Of a stretch of 64,000 bases of DNA, positions 1 to 8,017 are shown one piece after another (position 1 is the first letter of the stretch; the number at the start of each line of letters is the position of its first letter). This DNA is from Bdellovibrionales bacterium (lineage in GTDB: Bacteria; Bdellovibrionota; Bdellovibrionia; Bdellovibrionales; JAKFYE01), in the NCBI GenBank assembly GCA_965116215.1, contig OZ220494.1, positions 1,658,235 to 1,722,234 of the forward strand, in the 5' to 3' direction. A program made the translations under genes and the position numbers. The notes under the pieces are model-generated. The model had not been told where the DNA came from. It searched no databases and worked only from the letters and a program-made list of their open reading frames with translations.

Positions 1-1185
1 ATTGATTTCTACATGGACCCTCTTTTTATTAATAGGTCTGTCATTAATCAGTGGCCACTCTGATTCATAAGAGGGCTTTCCATTTTTCATATTTGATCTT
101 TTAGTGAGGTATTCAACTCCTTGAAAATACACAGATGAGTTAACTTCTACACGGATTCGTCTTTCCTGAAGAGGCAGGTTGGGGTTTAGACCGACATTTT
201 CTTCTGAGATATAATTTATTGTATAGACAGATGAAAATCGATTGCTAATTTGTTCAAATATCTTATCAATAGTTGTATTCCCTCTTTTGAGTTCTTTAAA
301 ATCAAAAAATAATCCTTCTGTGACACTGACAACTGAGGGATATTTAAAATAGTTCTTAGAGTAACCGTGCCATTTTGGGCTAATGACAAAAGCTGTAACA
401 GCAGATTCTGTTAAGGCCGTGAGGACATCGGGATATTCTGGTGCATAGTAGGCCTCTTTTTGGTGTCTATCAACAGGCATCACCCAAGAGCCAATATCTG
501 TAAACATAATGACAATTCTTCGGGTATTCGTATGCCAGTTTGTTTTCGTCGCAGCATCCTTGAGTGCTCCTAATGAGTTTTCTTTTGGATTGCCTCCTCC
601 TTTTGCTTTTAATCTGGATAGCTCAGCAATAAAAGCATTGAGGTTTTCATTTTCAGGAGTAGAAGGGTCGTCCTCTTTCCATCTCTTGCAGAGCTTTAAT
701 GTGCGATCTTTAAATGTGAGGACACAGAGGTTAGCCTTATAGTTTCTTTTTTCAAGTTTGGTTACAAAATTGGTGATCGAAGTCTTCACTTTATCGATTG
801 TTTTCTGCATAGAGCCTGTAACGTCTAATACAAAAACAATGTCTAAATCTTTAGATATTCTTTTTGAATTCTCAATTAATCTGTAATTTCTAATAGGAAT
901 ATCATTTTCATAAATGCGGAGATCAGCTTGTGTGAGATTATTAATATCAAATCCCTCATCATCTATGATTTTGAAGTCTAAAGAAGTATGATTGTTATCT
1001 AACCTTTCTTGTCTAAAAGTAGTTGTCATTTGTTGGTACTTAAAAGAATTTACACCCTCTGATTTTAAAAATGTTTTTTCAAATCCGTAATTGCCGTCAC
1101 AACTACTTATCACCAGAGAGAAGATAAAAAAGATTCCCCATTGATTAAAAGATATAAAAAAGGATGTGTTTTCTTTTTTTGTCAT
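1..1185 (-). CDS. VWA (von Willebrand factor A) domain lipoprotein, partial (3' end lies beyond window start)
   Basis: Own minus-strand translation: ATG at 1185, frame open to base 1. N-terminus MTKKENTSFFISFNQWGIFFIFSLVISSCDG has a signal peptide plus lipobox (ISSC). DIVFVLDVTGSM is a MIDAS-type DxTGS motif. Absent from the ORF track because it runs off the window. Confidence 0.6.
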   Translation of the reverse strand, partial: MTKKENTSFFISFNQWGIFFIFSLVISSCDGNYGFEKTFLKSEGVNSFKYQQMTTTFRQERLDNNHTSLDFKIIDDEGFDINNLTQADLRIYENDIPIRNYRLIENSKRISKDLDIVFVLDVTGSMQKTIDKVKTSITNFVTKLEKRNYKANLCVLTFKDRTLKLCKRWKEDDPSTPENENLNAFIAELSRLKAKGGGNPKENSLGALKDAATKTNWHTNTRRIVIMFTDIGSWVMPVDRHQKEAYYAPEYPDVLTALTESAVTAFVISPKWHGYSKNYFKYPSVVSVTEGLFFDFKELKRGNTTIDKIFEQISNRFSSVYTINYISEENVGLNPNLPLQERRIRVEVNSSVYFQGVEYLTKRSNMKNGKPSYESEWPLINDRPINKKRVHVEIN

Positions 1186-1422
1186 AATTGATCTCTACCA
1201 TTATCTTAATCTGTTTTTTAATTTCTTAATCTTGACATAATTGATGCGACTTTGTCACTTTGAGAAAAAACACAATACAAAAGTCTTGAGATTTTATGTC
1301 CATTCCTTAAGGGTTCGGGGGGTAAGGGCATATTATTAACATTGTTAGGACTAGCTTTTGAGATAGGCGTTCTTTTGATATTATTTAAGAGTATCTAATT
1401 TATTTTTTAAAGTTTTTTTTTA

Positions 1423-2034
1423 TCATTTAGGGTGTCTTTTATATTTACGAAGTATATCATGAAAAGAGATGGGCCCCTCTCTGAGGAGTTTTAGAGAGGG
1501 TGTAAATTGTAAAACAGTACTGGCTAGTCCTATTTCTTCAGAAGATGTCCAGTTGACGATGACAACATGAGGGTATTGGGACAGCCATTTTATACGTTCT
1601 TTGGTAGGATAATATTCAGGATAACCTGAAGGATTTGCACTTGTTGTGCAAATCGGAAAATCAAGTTTTAAGAAAAGCTCCTTAATAAATGGATGGGAAG
1701 AGCAACGCAGACCTAACCATCGCTTGTTACTGAGGAGTCTTTTATCTAGATGTTTTTGAATATTTCTCTTAACTGGTAAGATAGCTGTTAACGGACCTGG
1801 CCAAAACTGTTTAAGAACTCTCTTGACATCCTGATTGATTTCTACAAATTGAGAGGCCATATCGATGTCTTTAACGAGTAAGCTCATAGGGGAAGTTTCT
1901 TGACGTCCTTTGAGTTCGTAAAGTTGCTCTAGAGCTTTTGAGTTTCTAATGTCTACACCTAACCCCCAGACAGTTTCTGTGGGATAGGTTAAGATGAATC
2001 CATCTTGTAGAGAGCGGATATAATTGTTATTCAT
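1423..2034 (-). CDS. tsaC: L-threonylcarbamoyladenylate synthase (TsaC/YrdC/Sua5 family)
   Basis: 203 aa; YPTETVWGLGVD signature and a length typical of the YrdC domain. Confidence 0.8.
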   Translation of the reverse strand: MNNNYIRSLQDGFILTYPTETVWGLGVDIRNSKALEQLYELKGRQETSPMSLLVKDIDMASQFVEINQDVKRVLKQFWPGPLTAILPVKRNIQKHLDKRLLSNKRWLGLRCSSHPFIKELFLKLDFPICTTSANPSGYPEYYPTKERIKWLSQYPHVVIVNWTSSEEIGLASTVLQFTPSLKLLREGPISFHDILRKYKRHPK

Positions 2035-2164
2035 TGATACGTTTTCTATTGTCTATTTTCTTTAGAACAATAGTATTATATACTTTATCATTCAAGATAG
2101 AATTTGATTCTATCAGGCATAGATATAAACGACCTTTCTGCGGATCCGCCTTTTTTCTATGGGA

Positions 2165-2692
2165 AAAAGACTTTTATCTTCCCCTTAAAAGCTCAAACAG
2201 CTTTGAGGTCCTCAAGCTCATCTCCCTTGGGAATTGACTTTGTAAGGATGATAAGTAGGAAGAGTTTTTCTGAAGGTTTCCAAAAGCTCAGACAACTCTG
2301 AGGTTCGCAGCTCGTCTCTCTTCGAGATACGCCCTGCGCCTCAGAAAACTCGTTTTGAAAACCTTCAGAAAAACTCTTCCCTGCCCGTTGTTATCTCAGT
2401 GGCACAAATCATTTTTAAAACTTCCAAAAGCTCAGACAACTCTGAGGTTCGCAGCTCGTCTCTCTTCACCAATTACCCTCTGCGCTTTGAAAAACTCGCT
2501 TTAAGAGAAAAATAAAAGCCTTTTTCCAATGCAGGCTCAAAGTGCGAGCTTGTGGCGAAGGCTAAAGGTGCAATCTGGAGAGTGCTCGATGGCATCGAGC
2601 ATACAATAATAGAATAAACGATCTCTCCATGAATACGCTCTGCACTCTAGAAAACTCGTTTTGAAAGCTTTCAGAAAAACTCTTCCCTGATC
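2165..2692. repeat. Mosaic intergenic repeat array, locus 1 (four adjacent units or fragments)
   Basis: Blocks shared with loci at 14625, 30464, 41649 and 52465 in both orientations. A 46-nt block is identical at 2278-2323 and 2422-2467. The tail cgttttgaaa(a/g)c(c/t)ttcagaaaaactcttccctg occurs at 2351-2383 and 2657-2689. Confidence 0.85.
2258..2383. repeat. 126-bp short-form repeat unit bounded by 24-bp inverted ends
   Basis: 2258-2281 ggaagagtttttctgaaggtttcc matches the reverse complement of 2357-2380 gaaaaccttcagaaaaactcttcc at 23 of 24 positions. Confidence 0.85.
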
Positions 2693-2700
2693 TACATTTT

Positions 2701-3393
2701 CTAATACGATTCAAAAATAATGTTCTCTGGACTGAGTCCTCTGGACTGCAAAAGATTGTCAGCTAAATTCACCATGTCGGGGCGGCCACAGAGATACACT
2801 TGAGTGTTCTGAGAATCAAAGACCAGAGAAGTTATATGATCTACAAGACATCCTGACTTTCCCTTCCATTCCGCTTTGGGGGACTGTACAATATATTCGA
2901 AATCAAAAGTGGTACTTTCCCTTTTAAATACTTCCAGTTCTGATTCCAAATAAATCTCCCCTTCATTTTTTACCTCTACCCAAAGATGCATATGGACATC
3001 GGGAAACTTTTCCCTGTTCGAAGAAATAAAAGATATATGTTGGGCAAGACCTGTCCCCGTACAAAAAAAGAAAACATCCTTTTTTGCAGGATTTTTAAAA
3101 AGGCAGCTTCCCCTTGCCGAAGTTATATTTATGGTAGAATGGGGTTTAAGTTTCGAAAGATACTCAGTGGTGGGGCTATTTTCTAAGTGACGTATGAATA
3201 AACGTAAAGAGCCTATCTTGCGATCATCTGCTGCAATAGAGAAGGCTGCCATTTTGGGCTCAGGAGTCTGAGGAATCTGAATCAGCAGGTGTTGGCCAGA
3301 TTGAAATCTATACTTTGAGGCACTGATTGTGAGTTCAAAAATAGAATCTGTGAGTTTTTTATTAGAGATGAGCTTTGCTGTTATAAGTTCCAT
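2701..3393 (-). CDS. FNR-family FAD/NAD(P)-binding oxidoreductase
   Basis: 230 aa; AAFSIAA (RxYS-like FAD site), FFFCTGTGLAQ (GTGxAP-type NAD(P) motif), YLCGRPDMV near the C-terminus. Confidence 0.6.
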   Translation of the reverse strand: MELITAKLISNKKLTDSIFELTISASKYRFQSGQHLLIQIPQTPEPKMAAFSIAADDRKIGSLRLFIRHLENSPTTEYLSKLKPHSTINITSARGSCLFKNPAKKDVFFFCTGTGLAQHISFISSNREKFPDVHMHLWVEVKNEGEIYLESELEVFKRESTTFDFEYIVQSPKAEWKGKSGCLVDHITSLVFDSQNTQVYLCGRPDMVNLADNLLQSRGLSPENIIFESY

Positions 3394-3701
3394 TGCATAT
3401 TTCCTACCTATACTTTTTTCCTAATATATGTGAGTGGCCCCTATATTGACTGATGAGAAAAAAGACTTTACTTCATATTTGTCAAGAGGATTCCCTTTGG
3501 GATTATTATCAGATTTTTGTTTTTTTCTGAGAAATGCCAATGATATGTTGTGACTTTAATGCCTTAGAGTTTGTTGCCCTATCCTATAATTGTTATTCCG
3601 CTGGTTATATGCCATGACTTTGACTTTTTATAAGGGCATACGTATAAAGACATGTATTTGATGCATTGGGTAATTAGTGAATGCAGTGAAGGGACCTAAA
3701 G

Positions 3702-5225
3702 TTGAACTTTAGTGAATTACAGTTATGTCATCCGCTGTTAAAAAATCTTGTTAAAATCAACTTCCATAAGTGTACACCTGTTCAAGAAAAAGTCATGCCA
3801 GCTATTTTGGAGGGGAAGGATATCTCAGCTCTGGCGCAAACGGGAACGGGAAAGACGGCCGCCTTTTTGTTGCCACTTTTGGATCGTATTTTAAGAACAA
3901 AAACCAATTCCGAAGATTTAAAAACAAGAGGATTTCCCCATTGGAAATCTGGCCAATTTGTTCTTATCTTAGTTCCTACAAGAGAGTTAGCAGAACAAGT
4001 ATATCAAGATTTTAAAAGATTCACTATTGATATAGATGTCGAAGCCGTTGCTATCTATGGCGGGTCCTCCTATGAGACTCAGAAAAAGAAAGTCGCAGAT
4101 CGAGTCGAGTTTGTCATAGGAACACCTGGGCGTCTGATTGACCTATATAAAAACCATATCCTTGATTTTCGACAGGTGAGAGCTATTGTCTTTGATGAAG
4201 CAGATCGTATGTTTGATATGGGATTTAAAGATGATATGCGCTATCTCCTTCAGCGTATTCCAAAAAGTCGTCAATATTTAATATTTAGTGCCACATTGAA
4301 TTTTGACGTTCTTCATACTGCTTATCGCTTTGGAGCAGATCCTGTAGAGTTTGATTTATCCAGAGATGTCGTTAAATCAGAAAATGTTGATGATTGCATT
4401 TTCCATATTGGTGAAAACGATAAACCTCAGTATTTGATATCGCTTTTAAAAAAGGAAAATCCCAGACAGACTATTGTTTTTTCAAATTTTAAAGTTCATG
4501 TGGAACGTATTGCAAACTTTTTGAGAGCTAATGGGGTTCCTGCCATGGGGATTTCAAGTCTTTTAACACAAGGGCAACGTCATCGTGTCATGATGCAATT
4601 TAGAGAAACCAATAATAATCAAAATGTTTTGGTGGCAACAGATGTTGCAGCTAGAGGTTTAGACATTCAAAATGTCGATGTTGTTATTAATTATGATTTA
4701 CCAGATGATTCTGAAAGTTATGTGCATCGTATTGGTCGAACAGGAAGAGCCGGTGAGTGTGGTCATGCTATGAGTTTAGTGAGTGAAAAAGATGTAGAGG
4801 CTTTGCAGAGAATAGAAAACTTTTTAAAATATAAAATACAGATAGGATGGCTTGAAAATGATGAACTTGCTCAGAATATGAAGCCTATGTTATCGGAGCG
4901 TGACTTAGAAAAATGGAAAAGACATCGTCAACCGCAATCCTCTTTCAAAAGAAAAGAGTCGAGTGATAAAAAGAAAAAGAAATTGAATTCTCGTCAGAAG
5001 AAGCCCGGTCGCCCAAATAGAGATGAAGTGGCTCATAATCATCCTCTTGGAGTTCATCGTGATCGTCAATCTGGTCGACATAGAACAAAACAGGAGTCTT
5101 ATATTCAGAAGAAAAAACCAAAGCCCTCATTGAAACGTCGAAGTCTTCGTAAAAAAACACCTGAAAGAATAAAAAAGACCAATAAAGTGCTTAGCCTTTT
5201 TAAGAAGCTATGGGATTCTATCTAG
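3702..5225 (+). CDS. DEAD-box ATP-dependent RNA helicase with a long basic C-terminal tail
   Basis: AQTGTGKT (Walker A), DEAD, SAT and HRIGRTGRAG motifs in canonical order. The last ~110 aa are K/R-rich. Start is a TTG as in the ORF track. Confidence 0.9.
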   Translation: MNFSELQLCHPLLKNLVKINFHKCTPVQEKVMPAILEGKDISALAQTGTGKTAAFLLPLLDRILRTKTNSEDLKTRGFPHWKSGQFVLILVPTRELAEQVYQDFKRFTIDIDVEAVAIYGGSSYETQKKKVADRVEFVIGTPGRLIDLYKNHILDFRQVRAIVFDEADRMFDMGFKDDMRYLLQRIPKSRQYLIFSATLNFDVLHTAYRFGADPVEFDLSRDVVKSENVDDCIFHIGENDKPQYLISLLKKENPRQTIVFSNFKVHVERIANFLRANGVPAMGISSLLTQGQRHRVMMQFRETNNNQNVLVATDVAARGLDIQNVDVVINYDLPDDSESYVHRIGRTGRAGECGHAMSLVSEKDVEALQRIENFLKYKIQIGWLENDELAQNMKPMLSERDLEKWKRHRQPQSSFKRKESSDKKKKKLNSRQKKPGRPNRDEVAHNHPLGVHRDRQSGRHRTKQESYIQKKKPKPSLKRRSLRKKTPERIKKTNKVLSLFKKLWDSI

Positions 5226-5735
5226 CCATTGAAAAGATTTTATAATAGAACGGCATTTTAATAATGAATCTTGAAAACTTTTAAGATGATCCATACATGT
5301 TAGAATTACAAATTCTTTATTGTTTTGTGAGATCACCTGTTCCGCTTGTTTTTTTGTCGATGTATTGATGACGTTAAGAATATAAGACTCCTTGTTATCT
5401 AAGGAGTATTTTTTTATACCTAAAACATCAAAGCCAAAAAGAGGAAACTCACGAATCCATTTATGGAGAAATCGAGTGAGACTTTCTATTTCAGAAGAAT
5501 GTTTTCTAATTGTTAAGGTGGCCTGTGTGCCGTTCTGAACAGGCCCTCTGTATAGAGATAAAATCCCATTTATATTTACAGGAGGAGGGGAAAGATACCA
5601 ATCGGTATTGTTACTTGTTAATGAAAAATGAGTATCCTTAAAGTGATGAGCCGTACTGGGAGTATGGGCTCTCTTATTCACTGCAGAACCACTTTGGGAG
5701 AAGGTAACACATAAAATAACAAATAAAACTTTCAT
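5208..5735 (-). CDS. Hypothetical exported protein
   Basis: ORF track gives 5208..5798. Internal Met at 5735 begins MKVLFVILCVTFSQSGSA, a plausible signal peptide. No recognisable domain. Confidence 0.4.
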   Translation of the reverse strand: MKVLFVILCVTFSQSGSAVNKRAHTPSTAHHFKDTHFSLTSNNTDWYLSPPPVNINGILSLYRGPVQNGTQATLTIRKHSSEIESLTRFLHKWIREFPLFGFDVLGIKKYSLDNKESYILNVINTSTKKQAEQVISQNNKEFVILTCMDHLKSFQDSLLKCRSIIKSFQWLDRIP

Positions 5736-5818
5736 AAACTGTAGATTAAAATTTTTTCTGTGTTTGGACAAGACAAGAAAAGTGGTTCCCCATCTCATAT
5801 TGCCTTTTCAGCGATTTT

Positions 5819-6886
5819 TTAATGACGTTTATTGGTGAAGTCAGGGCAAAGAAAGAGGTCTTTGGCAATGGATATCAAAACCTCTTTTTTATGACTTCCC
5901 TTATGGCGAAGAAAGGCTATTTTTAGACCATCTGGACTCAAAACTGGGTGTGTTAGCTCATATTTTGAATGAAAGACTTGTGTGAGACATTTTTTTTTGA
6001 GATTAAATAAAAAGATCTTATATTTCCCATCGATATGATTAGAACTAAACAATATGGCGTCACTTGTTCGGTTCCAAACCATACCTTGAAAAGAGTCAAC
6101 GTCTTTGAGGATAGTGTATTTGATTTGCCCGAATGAATTACCAAGAACCCATTCAAATTGATGGCTTTTAGGATTCCAGTGTTTCCAGACTAAATTTTTA
6201 AAATCATTAGAGAATCGAAAATAAATTTGAAATGCTTTTGGATATTGAATCACAACTTTTTTTTTGTTCTGTTTATATAAATTCAATTTATAAATTCGAC
6301 TTTGATTTTTATCAATGGAATTATAAAACAACTGTATGTCTTTATAAACTTGTGGATCTCCATCATAACCAGCATGATGGGTGATGCGTTCAATATTAAA
6401 ACTATCATGGTGGCTACGATATATTTCAGTTGTTGGAAAGCGGCTCAAATGGGGTTGTTTTTTATTATTATGTATGGTGTCGCTCATGATTTTAGGGGGA
6501 ATAGAGTGAGTTTTGAGTTCATCTGTTGTGCTAGCATAATATATCCATTTGGGTGTCATATAGAATGATAAAATAGCTCCATCTTGATGGGTCATTCTTT
6601 TCAAGGTCTTTTGAGGCAAGTTATAAAAATAGATCTGTTTAAGATGGTGATGGGCGTGTCCTCCACTCAAAAGCCATAGGCCCCGTTTCCCCCATTGTGC
6701 AATAGAGTGGTCGCCCTTTAGTGGGAATGATTGGGCTTTATCAAGAAGAACTTGGTGAAAGTGCTGTTGATCTAAAGTGCGGCATGTGGATGTCACAAAT
6801 AATAGGATTAAAAACACAGTGATATATACCGTATTGCGCTTATGAAAGATATTGTCTAGAAGAGAGAATAAATGTTGTTTATACAT
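5819..6886 (-). CDS. Membrane-anchored/exported protein with TolB-like (PD40) beta-propeller repeats
   Basis: N-terminal hydrophobic segment VYITVFLILLFVTS. C-terminal LSPDGLKIAFLR resembles a PD40 repeat. Overlaps the mutY stop by 8 nt. Confidence 0.4.
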   Translation of the reverse strand: MYKQHLFSLLDNIFHKRNTVYITVFLILLFVTSTCRTLDQQHFHQVLLDKAQSFPLKGDHSIAQWGKRGLWLLSGGHAHHHLKQIYFYNLPQKTLKRMTHQDGAILSFYMTPKWIYYASTTDELKTHSIPPKIMSDTIHNNKKQPHLSRFPTTEIYRSHHDSFNIERITHHAGYDGDPQVYKDIQLFYNSIDKNQSRIYKLNLYKQNKKKVVIQYPKAFQIYFRFSNDFKNLVWKHWNPKSHQFEWVLGNSFGQIKYTILKDVDSFQGMVWNRTSDAILFSSNHIDGKYKIFLFNLKKKCLTQVFHSKYELTHPVLSPDGLKIAFLRHKGSHKKEVLISIAKDLFLCPDFTNKRH

Positions 6887-7841
6887 ATTTAAATGTCTTC
6901 TGTATGAGTGATTGGGGGATTTTTCTTTTTAAGTTTTTCCAGTCTATCATGATGGTGTTTTTGGGTCTAGATTTCCTTTGGTGAATGTTGATGTAGATAG
7001 AGTAATGAGTCACTGAGTGTTTATAGGTAAATGTTTTGGGTGCTGTTCTTAATTTTTTGACTTTGCCTGGCCAAATGAGTTGATTTTTTAACCAGGGGGC
7101 ATAATTGTTTTTTTGAAAGCCAAAGGCTCCTTGGTTTTTATAGACATCAATGTCCCATACCCAGTGTTCTGGCTTTCTTCGTGGTTTCATGAGGGGCAAT
7201 ACATCCACTTGATTTTCTTTAAAGGCCTGACAAGATTTTATCAGAGGGCAGATAAGGCATTTGGGGGATTGGGCAGCACACAATGTGGCTCCGATTTCAA
7301 TCAGAGCTTGATTGAGATCAGCAACATGTTTTGTATTGGCCCATTGGTCAACTAAGTTTTGAAGTAAGGTTCTGCCTTGGCTGGTCCACCATTTGTTGTT
7401 TAGGGCGTAGTATCTGGATAAAAATCGGATGACGTTTCCATCGAGTACACCGACACGCTCAGAATAGGAAAAGCTGGTAATGGCACGGGCGGTGTAAGGC
7501 CCAACTCCTGGCAATTCAATCCACTTTTTCCAAGTTTTGGGAAATTTTGTTTGGCTCAGTATCTTTGCTGTTTTGTGAAGGTTTTGGGCACGATTGTAAT
7601 ACCCCAGTCCAGACCAGGCTTCATAGACATTATCTAATGGAGCTTGGGCTAGAGCTTTGACATCTTTAAATTCCAAAAGCCATCTTTCAAAGTAGGGAAT
7701 TACGGCTTGTACCGTTGTTTGTTGTAGCATGACTTCTGAAATCCATATTTGATAGGGGTCTTGACTGAGTCTCCAGGGGAGAGGACGAAAATTTTTCCGA
7801 TACCAATTGAGAAGTTGTGTTCGTGCTTTCATTTTATCCAC
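6879..7841 (-). CDS. mutY: A/G-specific adenine DNA glycosylase
   Basis: LPWR...DPYQIWISEVMLQQT N-terminus, HhH-GPD region (LPGVGPYTA), Fe-S cluster cysteines CAAQSPKCLICPLIKSC. Confidence 0.85.
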   Translation of the reverse strand: MDKMKARTQLLNWYRKNFRPLPWRLSQDPYQIWISEVMLQQTTVQAVIPYFERWLLEFKDVKALAQAPLDNVYEAWSGLGYYNRAQNLHKTAKILSQTKFPKTWKKWIELPGVGPYTARAITSFSYSERVGVLDGNVIRFLSRYYALNNKWWTSQGRTLLQNLVDQWANTKHVADLNQALIEIGATLCAAQSPKCLICPLIKSCQAFKENQVDVLPLMKPRRKPEHWVWDIDVYKNQGAFGFQKNNYAPWLKNQLIWPGKVKKLRTAPKTFTYKHSVTHYSIYINIHQRKSRPKNTIMIDWKNLKRKIPQSLIQKTFKYV

Positions 7842-8017
7842 TGTAAAAGATCTCTCTTTTTTTTTCTACTTTTTGTTTTTTATGATGTGTGAGCCTATAG
7901 GTCTTGAGTCAAATTGGTTGAGAGGGGCTTTGTCAGATTTTCAAAAGACCAGAGTGACTTTCTTTTTCGAAATGGGGTTTTGGAAATAATAAAGGGTAAG
8001 AGTCTTTCTTCCGCTCA

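Noticed and set aside
2034-2301. ORF-track entries 2034..2237 and 2104..2301 (+). The same applies to 14560..14775 (-) and 52354..52536 (-)
   Set aside because: They lie entirely inside the mosaic repeat loci and lack ribosome-binding sites. Their peptides are simply translations of the repeat consensus. I treat them as non-coding.
2165-2692. Possible CRISPR array, given the many repeated blocks in a 660-bp spacer
   Set aside because: The repeats are not equal-length direct repeats separated by unique spacers. They occur in both orientations and are bounded by inverted ends. The same blocks recur at four other distant loci, and no cas genes are present in the window.
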